64,000 bases of DNA, from assembly GCA_949358305.1 (NCBI GenBank), contig OX442314.1, positions 32,860,001 to 32,924,000 on the forward strand. The letters run 5' to 3'. The DNA comes from Strigamia acuminata. Lineage: Eukaryota. The notes under the pieces are model-generated. The model was not told the DNA's origin, did no database searches, and saw nothing but the letters and a program-made list of their open reading frames with translations. Each line of letters starts with the position of its first letter. Position 1 is the first letter of the stretch. The position numbers were made by a program, and so were the translations under genes. Shown here piece by piece: positions 35,040 to 45,811 of this stretch.

Positions 35040-35520
35040 TTCTATGACGCCTAGATGCTACATACATAATATAAAAAAGTTACTCATTGTAAAATTCTGA
35101 TAAAATCTTGATCTCAACTTAAAAAAATTCTCAAGTGACGTATAAATCACATTCTATAAAGCAGCCCCTTGGGCTTCCCTGCAGCACAGCGACATAAGTA
35201 TTTATCGTATTTATTTATTAAATTTTACTAGCATTTTAGTGATGTTTGCATGGAAATATAAAATTTTAAGACCTCAAGATGAAGCATCGCAAGTTTTGTC
35301 TGTACCACATTAAATTCCATGAAATAAAAATATTTATTCTGTGCAGATTATTTACGAATTTCAATCGGCTTTCAGCAGTTTAAAGCCTACTATTAGATAA
35401 ATAATGCGAACAATATACCACACACAATTATTCATTTCTCTCGTCAAACAATTGAACGCAGAAAAATCATCTAAATAATATTAACAATAACAACATTACT
35501 GCTGAATGTATTTTTGTGTT
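35040..35520 (+). repeat. Duplicated BTB upstream region, paralogous to ~54628-55150
   Basis: Shared tatgaYgcctagatgctacatacataa...ttctataaagcagccccttgggcttccctgcagcacagcgac. Confidence 0.8.
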
Positions 35521-35672
35521 AATATTAATTTAAAAAAACTACAAATTCCACCGCTGTTCGTTTTTTTTATCGTATAACGGCATGTAGACGTGATCAAAAA
35601 TCGTGTATATATACAAGCATCGTATTTCCTGGACCACAAACAGTCATTTCCTCCAACCTAACAACCATCAAA

Positions 35673-37334
35673 ATGGCGTCGAATAATGTGAATCAAACAC
35701 AAAAAAATCTTGAACTTATGACTAGTTCGTCCGCTAATGCCGAACTTTTATATAACTTTTATATGACCAATTTATACAATTCGCGCGACGAAGGACGAGT
35801 GGGCATGGTTGTGTTAAAGTGCAACGACGGTGGACGTGTGCTTGCCGATAAATGTCAATTGGTTGCCGAAAGTGATTATTTCCGTGCAATGTTCCGCCAC
35901 GAGAACCTCGAGAACGAAACGAACGAAGTATCATTCCCGGACACATCTTCCGTCGTCATGGAAATCATCGTCAAATTCTTGTACGCGCAAGATATTCCCA
36001 TCTTCGACAAAATATCTGACACTGTAATGCGAGAAATATTCTTTGAAACTAACAAAATGCTGTTGCGGGACTTATTTGACAAATACTGGACCGAGTATAC
36101 AGATTCGGTGACATTTGACAACTTTGTAGACATTTGGCAGTTGGCGGAACTGTTCGACGAAGACGAAACGCTCGAGCATATTCGACTGTTCGTTTCCCAC
36201 CACACAAAACTCATCTCCGCTACCGATCAACTTGGCAAAATCACGGCTGCACAAATGGAAAGTCTATCTGAAGTCGAGACATCCGAAAATGCTGGCGACT
36301 TGATTGTGTTCAATTTAAACTGGATTATCAAGTCACCCGGAGCGGAATGCAAGACCGAACGTCTGTTGAATTTTCTGTCCGATTACGATATGGAGAAATT
36401 GACGGGACGTTCGCTTCAGCAACTGATTTCATCCGACGTCGTTACCAAATCAGCAGAAATATACAGCGCAGTAAGCAAAGCCGTTCTTTCAAAGTGGTTA
36501 ACAACGAGGTCGAGAAAAGTTGAAATATCTGTATTTGAAGTTACGAGCGAAAGGTGCACCCAGAAAATTTCTTACTTAAACCACGAGGAGTGGGAGACTT
36601 GTGTCGATCTGCCTCATCACAGCTGCGCCGCAACGGATTGGTATCCAATAGTTTTGACAGAGAAAGAGATTGTTTGCATGACTGTCAGGCCAAATCGATT
36701 GGGACTTCAAGCAATTGACGTGATGACGGATGACATTTTCGAACATCCCGAGAAAGTTGCTATGGATATATCATGTGAAAGCGGCGACTTTCTAAACATC
36801 TACTTTAAACGAACAAATTCCACTTATTTGCGTTTTAGATATGACAACTTTGATTGGGATATCATTAATTTTCGTAACTACATCTCGAAATGCAAATCTT
36901 TGCTTTTGGTAACTTTGGTAGATATAGAATGGAGGTATTATTTCGATGTGGACGAGACGCGCATAAAGATTGTTAACTTGGATTCGAGAACCTGCGAAAC
37001 GAAATATAAATTACCGGGCAATTGGCAAAGCGTTATGTGTAAAAATCGCGCGTACTACGGTTATTCTGAAAAGTTGATTTTTGTTCAACAAATCCCAAAT
37101 CGCAGTTTGTTAATTTACGACATCGAAAGTGATTACTGGAGTGTTGTTCCGTCGCCGAATATCGTTGGTGATGTGTTTTTGTATGTTTGTTACGACGAAG
37201 ACTGCCTGATATTCACAAAAACAGACGTGGCATACAATGTGTATTCGTTAAACACGATGACCAAAGTGAATGAATACAAGACACCAACAAATTTTGATGG
37301 GTGCATCCATTTCGACGTTAGTGTTGTTGAATAG
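35673..37334 (+). CDS. Intronless BTB/POZ-BACK protein with a beta-rich (propeller-like) C-terminus, 553 aa
   Basis: BTB core ADKCQLVAESDYFRAMF...EIIVKFLY, BACK-like FDNFVDIWQLAELF. TATA-like TATATATA near 35606. Confidence 0.88.
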   Translation: MASNNVNQTQKNLELMTSSSANAELLYNFYMTNLYNSRDEGRVGMVVLKCNDGGRVLADKCQLVAESDYFRAMFRHENLENETNEVSFPDTSSVVMEIIVKFLYAQDIPIFDKISDTVMREIFFETNKMLLRDLFDKYWTEYTDSVTFDNFVDIWQLAELFDEDETLEHIRLFVSHHTKLISATDQLGKITAAQMESLSEVETSENAGDLIVFNLNWIIKSPGAECKTERLLNFLSDYDMEKLTGRSLQQLISSDVVTKSAEIYSAVSKAVLSKWLTTRSRKVEISVFEVTSERCTQKISYLNHEEWETCVDLPHHSCAATDWYPIVLTEKEIVCMTVRPNRLGLQAIDVMTDDIFEHPEKVAMDISCESGDFLNIYFKRTNSTYLRFRYDNFDWDIINFRNYISKCKSLLLVTLVDIEWRYYFDVDETRIKIVNLDSRTCETKYKLPGNWQSVMCKNRAYYGYSEKLIFVQQIPNRSLLIYDIESDYWSVVPSPNIVGDVFLYVCYDEDCLIFTKTDVAYNVYSLNTMTKVNEYKTPTNFDGCIHFDVSVVE

Positions 37335-37976
37335 CAGGACTGAATTTGTGTCGGACTCGGATTCAAGTTTCTGAATGCGTGAGTGATTATTTTGTTTGTT
37401 CTTAACTTCTGTACATTTGCTTTTTCTACTTCAATGGAAAAAAAAATACTGTGAGAATAAAACTTTTAAAACATATTTCAACACGTACAATACTAGTAAT
37501 AATAATTACATTATCTTATACTCTTTCATGACATGTTTACTTCTGAAAACAGGCGTATTTTGAATTTTTTTTTCGTCTCATAATGTTATCAATGACACTT
37601 CACCTTTGATTAATCCACAGTCACAAGATATTGGAACGTAATGAATGTAAATAAATGTAAACAAATAAAATAAAAGTAAATTCTACACCGTGCTAAGGGA
37701 TTTCATTTCATTAGAAAGTAACTAATAGCAATTAATTAGTGCCAAGCAATTTCATTCAATCACCCAAACAATTGTGTTTTTTCCAATTTTCATTTATCTT
37801 TTAGACTCAAAACTATTGGCAATGGTAGTTTATGTACGAGTTGTTTAAATGGGATTATACATATGGCCATGTATTTTAGGAGATGACGTTGTTTTCAGCT
37901 CTGGATTCATTGATTTCTGGCCACAAACACCACCATATACTCAACAAGGATCTGGAGAGCTCGCGGAGAAACCTCG

Positions 37977-38607
37977 TGTGGTGATTCGGCATCACCTGAA
38001 GAAGTAATTAGCGGTGATTATTGTGTTACTAATACTCGCCACTAGAGCGCGCTAGAAATACCGACTAGACTGACTAGTCTCGTGTTTCTGCGAACCTGCA
38101 TAATCGGAAGGATTTGCATATGACGTCATTTCCGGTTAGTATATAACGCCGATACTTGACCGGAAACGACACTACAGTTACCACATTTCAGCAAGAGCAC
38201 CATTTACCTCACCTTTCAGGCCGTTTCACGGATTGATCGAGGACCGGTGCCCGCTGACCATCTCAACTGTACAACAGCCACATTTATTTAGCGTAGCCAA
38301 TCTACGCTAGAATAAATATTCGAACGATATTCGTTTAATTCGCACGAGAAAGCGAATTCTCGCGTGTTCATAATAACACGTGGAAATACCCTAGACAACA
38401 AACATAGACCACGCGTAGGACTAAACAATTGGATCCGCCATTGTTTAGCGGCAACTCGTATTCGCAGCCGAATCCGAGGACCAACACAGGAAACATCTTG
38501 ACTTATATTTGTATTAGTAAGCGTGTTTTAATAAAGCAGTATTTGAAATATATTGTATTCCCGAGTGTATTATTTATTATCTTTAACCACAAAGTCGAAT
38601 CACGACA
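37977..38607 (+). repeat. Gypsy-A 5' LTR
   Basis: TGTGGTGATTC...CACGACA. Contains ATTTGCAT (38112), TGACGTCA (38121), TATATAA (38140) and AATAAA (~38530). Confidence 0.96.
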
Positions 38608-38609
38608 CG

Positions 38610-38627
38610 TGGGGGCCTGTCCGGGAT
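38610..38627 (+). promoter_or_regulatory. Primer-binding site, tRNA-Pro-like
   Basis: TGGGGGCCTGTCCGGGAT differs at two positions from the tRNA-Pro PBS TGGGGGCTCGTCCGGGAT. Confidence 0.8.
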
Positions 38628-38699
38628 AGATTTGCTAACCTTAAGACAATACTTTAAATAATAACCGGGATCTTTCGATCGATCATTATATCGTAAGAA

Positions 38700-41546
38700 A
38701 TGACAAAAACTACCGCAGAAGATAGAAAAAGGCGTAACGACGAAAAGGATAGAAAAGAAGCCGAAGAAATCGAACGCCAAAAAGCGGAAGAAGCGAACCA
38801 CGTGGAACCAGAAGTCGAGACTAACTCGACTAAAGTTTCAACGGAATCACCAAGTGAAAGCCTTCCCCTTGCAAGACAACTTCCGTTTACGGGAGGCGAA
38901 TTCGAAGGATCAGGAAGCTCTCACGAAGAAAACGGACTAAATAAATCGTTCGAAAACCCTCGATTCGGATTGAAAAGCCCAAGACCTGTCGAAAAGGATC
39001 CCAGTGAAATGGATCTAATGACTCTTCTAAATAAAGCGGCAAACACAAGTGCCGCAATGATCAACGAGGCTGCCCGCGCAGACCAAGCAAGAACAGTCGC
39101 GTTAGAGAAGAAGAAAAACGAATTGATGGAAGATTTAGCCAGAGAGCATCGCGAGAAATTAGCTGCCATGGAACAGAGCTTGGCACAAGAACACCAAGCT
39201 AAACAAATGGCACTGGAGCGCGAGCTGGCTCGAGAATTGCTCGCGAAGCAGAAAATAATCGAACGAGAAATGGCAAAGGACTGCCAGATCCGGCCGCCAA
39301 GCAACGGGTTAAGCCAGCATTCGGAGCCAAACTCCGTACAGAGCTCCCCAGAACGGTCTCACACAGCTAAGGAGCTGGTAGCCAAAGCAATAGAAGTAAC
39401 TCGGGTAGCTTGCGCACACGGCATCGAGATCGACCAGGACAAGGATCCCTACGCAGAGCTAAGCCGAGTAATCGACCTAGTAAATCAGAGGACTGAAAAA
39501 CGATCGGCAGATAACACGGCCAGACGCGGAGAGAAACGACGTCGGGTCGGAGCAGATCGACAACAGTCCGAGACAGGCGGCGAAGCAACGTCAGACAGCG
39601 AAAGTATCGACTCTCAAGCATCTCACGGCAGTATCCGAGTCAACGGACTAGATAGCATCTTGAACGAATCGGACGAAGTCAAAGGAGAACTGTACGAGGC
39701 GTTTATACAAGATAGGAGGAATAATCAGGGCGCGCAATCATGGGCAATAAAAAACTCATTCGCAATGAAAACTGGCCAAACCAGTAATAACAACCCAGGC
39801 GACCCTAACGCAGAACTAATCAGATGTATAAATCAGAAGAATCAAATACGCAACGAAGTAGGTCAAAATAAACTGGCCATGCCGACGCTCGAGGAGATTA
39901 ACGCAGTTAAAAATCACCTCGAAAAGAAACACGCCGCCGAAGCGTATGCTGGGAGAGATTCCTACGTTTTTATCAAAAAAACGAACGAAGGCCTCACGGG
40001 GACCCGACTGGACGATCTGATACCGCCCGGAACAAAGTTGAGCCAAACCTCCGCTCCAGAGAAAGCGAACCCAGATAACTCAACCATAGCGCAAGACCTC
40101 ACGAATAACCCGAACACCGCGGGATCATCAGGGAAAACGTCGTTCCAACACAATCAGTTCGGACTGACGGGCAACGGTACGCATTACCCAAGCCTCCCTT
40201 CCGACAATCCACGATCATCACCGCTGCTTAGTGAGACTGACTCGCTAAGCAACCAACTACGGACGATGAGAGACGAACTCCTTCAGGCCATGGACCAAAA
40301 GCTTCAACAAAGCCGTGGCCAAGAGACCGAGGAGGACGATCGAAGCGAAGGATTGTTGAAACGTTACTCCGCAGACCGATGGCTGTATTCTCGCAAGGAT
40401 AACAACATCAAGTGGACGACCCTGAGACTAATTAAGTTCGACGGATCCTGGAACGCCGGCAACTTGTTTTTGGACGAAGTCGCCCTGACGATTAATCGCT
40501 TAGGAGCGGAACCCGACGAAATGGTTGCACGCGGAATACCAGAAATGCTGATCAACCGGGCCCGAAACTGGTACGCTGATGTCCAACCCCGAAACTGGGA
40601 AGATTTCGTCATAAAGTTCCACAATCAATATGGCGAGACGAGCCAAGAAATCCAGAAAAGAGTAAGCTCTATGAAGCAAGCTCCCGGGGAAACTCTGAGG
40701 GAATACGTACAACGAGCCGACAGCCTGTTCCGTGAAATGGACAAACCATTTGACCAACACGCTCAGAAAGCTCTCTTCGAACAAGGACTAAACGAAACCG
40801 CAACCAAAGTCCTACGAGAAATGAACGCTCCTAAGGGGGATAATTTCAAAGCCATCCTAGCTTTCGTCGAGAAGAAACACACCGAAGTAAATGCTCGGTA
40901 TAACGAAAATCTGACAAAAGAAGAGCGAGCTCTAGGAGTGGCCCGACAGCAACGAATACAGGAGCGCAGCATAGACTCCACTAAGCTGCTCCAATCGCGA
41001 AATTATCTAAACGGAAGTATAGAGCCACTCCCCTCAAAGAAAAACCAACAAGCTTCTAACCCTTTACCACCTCCGAGTAAGGCCTATCGCACGCAAACTA
41101 ACGCCGCCGAGGAAAAGTCGGAAGACGAAGTAAGCGAAGACTCTGAGCAATTCTCGGAAAGCGATGAGGCTGACGAAGGTATCAACGATGTGGTACACGC
41201 AAACATGGGGAAGGAACTGGCGCCCAGCTACCGACCTCAGATGAAGTCCAGAAAATCGGAACACCACAACCCGAAAACAGAGGCGACTTCCGAGAAGAAG
41301 GACTACCCCAAAAAACCTTTTGAGCGGGAGGGAAAGAAGAAAAGCCCTTGTAATTTCTGTAACGAAGACGGCCACTGGCGTCAGGCCTGCCCAAAACTGG
41401 CAAAGAAAAAAGCCGACGACAAGGCCGCAGAGCGTGAGGAGCTAGTGAAATTGCTCGCGAAGGAACAAGACAAAATCTTGAAGGAACTCACCGCCAAACT
41501 CGACAGTATGACAAAAAACTGGAACTCGCGGGCGGAACAAAAGTGA
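38700..41546 (+). CDS. gag: Gypsy-A Gag, 948 aa
   Basis: Capsid-like KFDGS..ARNWY..WEDFVIKF..KQAPGETLREY and CCHC knuckle CNFCNEDGHWRQAC. Confidence 0.92.
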   Translation: MTKTTAEDRKRRNDEKDRKEAEEIERQKAEEANHVEPEVETNSTKVSTESPSESLPLARQLPFTGGEFEGSGSSHEENGLNKSFENPRFGLKSPRPVEKDPSEMDLMTLLNKAANTSAAMINEAARADQARTVALEKKKNELMEDLAREHREKLAAMEQSLAQEHQAKQMALERELARELLAKQKIIEREMAKDCQIRPPSNGLSQHSEPNSVQSSPERSHTAKELVAKAIEVTRVACAHGIEIDQDKDPYAELSRVIDLVNQRTEKRSADNTARRGEKRRRVGADRQQSETGGEATSDSESIDSQASHGSIRVNGLDSILNESDEVKGELYEAFIQDRRNNQGAQSWAIKNSFAMKTGQTSNNNPGDPNAELIRCINQKNQIRNEVGQNKLAMPTLEEINAVKNHLEKKHAAEAYAGRDSYVFIKKTNEGLTGTRLDDLIPPGTKLSQTSAPEKANPDNSTIAQDLTNNPNTAGSSGKTSFQHNQFGLTGNGTHYPSLPSDNPRSSPLLSETDSLSNQLRTMRDELLQAMDQKLQQSRGQETEEDDRSEGLLKRYSADRWLYSRKDNNIKWTTLRLIKFDGSWNAGNLFLDEVALTINRLGAEPDEMVARGIPEMLINRARNWYADVQPRNWEDFVIKFHNQYGETSQEIQKRVSSMKQAPGETLREYVQRADSLFREMDKPFDQHAQKALFEQGLNETATKVLREMNAPKGDNFKAILAFVEKKHTEVNARYNENLTKEERALGVARQQRIQERSIDSTKLLQSRNYLNGSIEPLPSKKNQQASNPLPPPSKAYRTQTNAAEEKSEDEVSEDSEQFSESDEADEGINDVVHANMGKELAPSYRPQMKSRKSEHHNPKTEATSEKKDYPKKPFEREGKKKSPCNFCNEDGHWRQACPKLAKKKADDKAAEREELVKLLAKEQDKILKELTAKLDSMTKNWNSRAEQK

Positions 41547-41564
41547 TTCCACATCCGCTCGCGA
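41513..41564 (+). promoter_or_regulatory. -1 ribosomal frameshift signal (gag-pol)
   Basis: A AAA AAC in the gag frame, a 6-nt spacer, then an 11-bp stem (41526-36 / 41554-64). Pol lies in the -1 frame. Confidence 0.8.
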
Positions 41565-44500
41565 TAACTTCGAAAACGATGGACCTTACTCTGGTGGAAA
41601 AACAAATTAAAGAAATGGAAAAATTGTTGGAATTCTTCGAGGAAGCTGCCAACGAGGAAGTCACAACTCCAACCAAAAAACGGAAATTCGAAATTAGAGA
41701 CGAAGACGGTATAGCCAACGCTTTCATGACTTTGCCGCTTGACCAAGGGGCCAATCCTCTTAAAAAGCGAATACTTCGTTGCAACCTATCAACAGAAGCG
41801 AAGAGCGTACTGGCTAAAATACCAGTCTCTTTCGGCAAAAAGGTGTTAATGGGACTACTCGACTCGGGAGCGGATCAGTCGTTTATCTCCACCGACTTAT
41901 TCGAATCACTCGAAGAAAAAATACAGAAAAAATTACGGGGAATGAACGAGAACATTCGAGTTCTTACAGCAGCGGGAGAAGTTAGAGCAGTGGGGACGTT
42001 ATCAACCGATTTTGTATGGGAAGGAGGCACGATTAAGCATTTCTTCATCGTGTTACCAACCCGAGACACAATCCTGCTGATAGGAATGGATTTGATGGAA
42101 CGGATGAACATCCAGCCCAACCCAGTCACACGTTCGTGGAATTACATCGACAACCACGAGGACCCACGACTACCCATAATACCTCCGGAACTCCTAGACA
42201 AAGCTAAGGACGACGAGGAATGGGGAGGAGGCGAAATTAAGAAGTTCATCCAAGACTATAATTTTAAGTCGTTTAATACTATCCTCCAAGAGGAGAATTT
42301 AATACATAATCTGGCCATGGACGCCAATCTTGGAGAAGAACAAACGAAACTCCTCGAGGAAATGCTCAAGAAGCACTCGAAGAACTTAAATAAAGATCCA
42401 GGAAAGACTAGTTACGTAATGCACGAGATCGAATTGGTTACGGGAAAACCGGTGCGAGTACCTTTTAAAACTATGAATCCCCAAAAGAGACATATCGTAA
42501 GAACGATGTGCAACGAGTTGCTCGAAAAAGGGATCGTGTCGCACGCCATCGGAGAATATGGAATGAGGATTGTCCTCGTCATGCGACCAGGCTCCGAACC
42601 GCGCCTCTGCATCGATTATAGACCTTTAAACGCCATAACCGTCATCGACCCCATCCAAATGCCGTCAATAGAAGCGATTCTACGGGAGCTCGCCCCATTT
42701 AACTGGGTCACGACCATGGACTTGTCCAAGGGTTACTGGCAGGTTGAATTGCGGGAAGAGGATAAAGAGAAAACAGCTTTTTGGGCACCACAGGGTCGAC
42801 TGATGTTTAATGTAATGCCCTTCGGGTTAGTAAACGCACCCGCCACCTTTCAAAAACTAATAGAAAAAGTTCTCGGCGATGCCTTACACAAATACGCATG
42901 GGCTTACCTCGATGATATAGTCATAGTCTCCCAAACTTTTGAAGACCACCTGATACACGTGAATGACGTCATGGAGCGACTCACAAAAGCCGGTCTAAAC
43001 ATTCATCCAGGGAAAAGTAAATTTTGCCGCAAAGAATTGGCATTCCTGGGTTACACAGTCGGAACAGGTGGCCTATCCATCGACCCGAAAAAGACCCAGG
43101 CGATTAGCCAGTTCCCCGCCCCGGAAGATGTAAAAGGAGTCCAACGTTTCATGGGCATGGTGAATTTCTTCAATCGATTGCTCCCAAATTTGGCAGACGT
43201 CGCGGCACCCATCACAGATCTGTTACGCAACGATAAAGATTTCGAGTGGACTGACCACTGCGAAACATCGTTTAACAAGATAAAACAAATGCTGATCGAT
43301 GTAAAACGAATTCCCCTACCAGATCTTAATCGAGAATTCACTCTTCACACCGACGCCAGTCGAATTGGCCTAGGTGCTGCGTTGCTTCAAAAGCATGACA
43401 TCGACGGAGTAGTGTTAGAGGTCCCGACGATGTTCATCAGCCGGAAATTACAAGCAGCCGAAAAGAATTATAATGCGACAGAGTTAGAATGTCTAGCCGT
43501 CGTCTGGGCAATCCGAAAATTCAGACCATACCTGGAATTTACCAAGTTCAACGTACAAACTGACCACGAAGCACTAAAGTGGTTAATGGCGTTGAAGGAA
43601 CCGTCCGGAAGAATGGCTCGCTGGCAGCTAGAATTAATGGCTTGTGACTTAATCATTGAATACCGACCCGGAAAATTCAACGTCGTGGCAGACGCCCTCT
43701 CACGAGCCCCAGCTTCAGACCCCGAAGACGAGACCGACTGCGGAGAGGACGACTCACGCCTCTTCTACTGTCCGAACCCCGTCCGAAAATGGGAATTTAA
43801 AAAGCTAAACGAATTACCCAAGGAGAAACTCGAGTCAGGAGACCAAAATTATTACAATTATTGGCTCCGAGCATACCAGTCTGTCAAGGACGCTCACCCA
43901 AATTACGAGCTAACGATAGAACCTCGAATCTCCGACAAGTACGTTCGAGCATTCGTCGCCCACGTAAGCAAGGGGACGAATAGTAAGCCGCCCACCAGGG
44001 ACGAATTAATAGCCGCCCAGATGACAGACGACTTCTGTAAAACTTATCGAAACTTCATCACAGATAAAAAATTTCCCGACGAGAATTTCGACGAAATCCA
44101 ACGCGAAGAATTCGAAAGAGAAGCCTCCACGTACTTAATCGAGGATGGACTTCTACTAAAACACCACCCGAATTTCCGCGATGATCTGACGGAGACGGGA
44201 ACTTCGATGAAAGTCGTTATACCCAGGAGTCTGCTGACAAGGTTTCTGTGGATGGTCCACGGACACCCGCTCGCCGGACATTCTGGAGTGGCCAGAACGA
44301 TCTACCGAGCAAATCAACTTTATTTCTGGCCAAAAATGACCCGAGATATCGTTCGTTTTATTCATCACTGCCCCAGATGCCAAGCGTGCAAGCCGAGGAC
44401 GCCCAAGAGCTACGAGAGAATCTCACTTGGCCCTTTCGCACCCTTCGATTGCTGGAGCGTGGATTTAATGGGCCCAAAGCCCACGTCATCCAATAAAAAC

Positions 44501-45367
44501 AAATATATATTAGTAATCATGGATGTCGCGACTGGATGGCCCGAACTCTTTCCAATGGAGAGACCAACTAAGCAAAAAATCATTCGATGTTTGTACGAAG
44601 TGGCGCTTCATTTTGGATTCCCTCGAAAATTAATCTCCGATAATGGACCACAATTCGCGTCAAATTTGTACAAAGACTTCTGTAAAAAATTCGACATCGA
44701 GACATCATATACATCAACCTATAATCCACGGGCCAATCCCGTCGAAAGGTTAAATCGCGATATAAAATATGCACTAGCAATTTTCACCGATGTTCACTCC
44801 AGCTGGGACGAATATCTTCGTGAAATTGCCTTCAGCATCCGCACAACGATCTCAAGGAACCGCAAATTTTCTCCCGCGTTTCTAAACTTCGCTCGGGAAC
44901 TCAGAGTACCCTGGGACCCACGAATACCGGAGGAAATACTGGAAATTGATCCTGAGAAGCCTCATATTTATGTCGACAGACTGGAGCAAATAATTTCGGC
45001 CACTTATCAGCACATGATGTCACACATATTCGACATGAGAGATCGTATTAGCATTGCTGGAAAGGATCGGCCCTTCTGCAATTTTAAAGTCAATGACCTC
45101 GTCTGGAAAGACACACATATTCAGTCCAGCGCCGATAAGGGGGTCCACGCAGGCTTAGCAGACAAACGCGACGGCCCGTACGTCATACTCGAAGCCCACG
45201 GCGGAAACGCTTTCAAGCTAAAAAGATTGGCAGACAACGTTAATTTTAGATCGATCCACGCCCGAGAATTAACTCCATACTTACCTGAGTTTCCTCAAGA
45301 GGCTTGGACGGAATATCAGACGAAACCAGCGCAAAAATCCAATTATTCGCGACATGTTTTTAGATGA
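41513..45367 (+). CDS. pol: Gypsy-A Pol (PR-RT-RNaseH-IN), probably made by frameshift
   Basis: LLDSGA, MPFGLVNAPATFQ, YLDD, TDAS, NVVADALSR, HHCC, ISDNGPQF, VERLNR, GPY. Confidence 0.95.
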   Translation, partial: KKLELAGGTKVIPHPLAITSKTMDLTLVEKQIKEMEKLLEFFEEAANEEVTTPTKKRKFEIRDEDGIANAFMTLPLDQGANPLKKRILRCNLSTEAKSVLAKIPVSFGKKVLMGLLDSGADQSFISTDLFESLEEKIQKKLRGMNENIRVLTAAGEVRAVGTLSTDFVWEGGTIKHFFIVLPTRDTILLIGMDLMERMNIQPNPVTRSWNYIDNHEDPRLPIIPPELLDKAKDDEEWGGGEIKKFIQDYNFKSFNTILQEENLIHNLAMDANLGEEQTKLLEEMLKKHSKNLNKDPGKTSYVMHEIELVTGKPVRVPFKTMNPQKRHIVRTMCNELLEKGIVSHAIGEYGMRIVLVMRPGSEPRLCIDYRPLNAITVIDPIQMPSIEAILRELAPFNWVTTMDLSKGYWQVELREEDKEKTAFWAPQGRLMFNVMPFGLVNAPATFQKLIEKVLGDALHKYAWAYLDDIVIVSQTFEDHLIHVNDVMERLTKAGLNIHPGKSKFCRKELAFLGYTVGTGGLSIDPKKTQAISQFPAPEDVKGVQRFMGMVNFFNRLLPNLADVAAPITDLLRNDKDFEWTDHCETSFNKIKQMLIDVKRIPLPDLNREFTLHTDASRIGLGAALLQKHDIDGVVLEVPTMFISRKLQAAEKNYNATELECLAVVWAIRKFRPYLEFTKFNVQTDHEALKWLMALKEPSGRMARWQLELMACDLIIEYRPGKFNVVADALSRAPASDPEDETDCGEDDSRLFYCPNPVRKWEFKKLNELPKEKLESGDQNYYNYWLRAYQSVKDAHPNYELTIEPRISDKYVRAFVAHVSKGTNSKPPTRDELIAAQMTDDFCKTYRNFITDKKFPDENFDEIQREEFEREASTYLIEDGLLLKHHPNFRDDLTETGTSMKVVIPRSLLTRFLWMVHGHPLAGHSGVARTIYRANQLYFWPKMTRDIVRFIHHCPRCQACKPRTPKSYERISLGPFAPFDCWSVDLMGPKPTSSNKNKYILVIMDVATGWPELFPMERPTKQKIIRCLYEVALHFGFPRKLISDNGPQFASNLYKDFCKKFDIETSYTSTYNPRANPVERLNRDIKYALAIFTDVHSSWDEYLREIAFSIRTTISRNRKFSPAFLNFARELRVPWDPRIPEEILEIDPEKPHIYVDRLEQIISATYQHMMSHIFDMRDRISIAGKDRPFCNFKVNDLVWKDTHIQSSADKGVHAGLADKRDGPYVILEAHGGNAFKLKRLADNVNFRSIHARELTPYLPEFPQEAWTEYQTKPAQKSNYSRHVFR

Positions 45368-45811
45368 ACAAACTGGCCCAACCAATTTAGTTCAAGATGA
45401 GTCACACGAAGCGGCCGACGCCCCGGATGAGATTTCGGAGAGGGAGGAAATAGTCGAAGAATCTCCTAAAAAAGGAAAGCAATCAAACAAAAATAAGACT
45501 ACAAGAATCCTCAAACCTGATAAAATATACGGTATGCGTCGACACAAGCCAAACCCGTTCATAAAAGACGGGAAACTCGTCGGAAAACAAAAAGCGACTC
45601 CGGCCATTGTCTCAAACAATCGATAAAAACAACCACAGGGGGGACACCTGTTACGTCCCACAATGCGTCTTAATTGGCCAAACCAATCAAAGATGACATG
45701 AGACTAATAGTTAACCTCTAACCCGACCCACATTTATCACTGTCATCTCCGACTAAGCGACGATCACCTCGAGGCAGCCGTAAATCAAAGTATCAAATTA
45801 ATTTCCGAAAA

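Noticed and set aside
38429..38629. Duplicated 66-69 aa ORF (also 47069-47278)
   Set aside because: TTG-start ORF inside the LTR, duplicated only because the LTR is.
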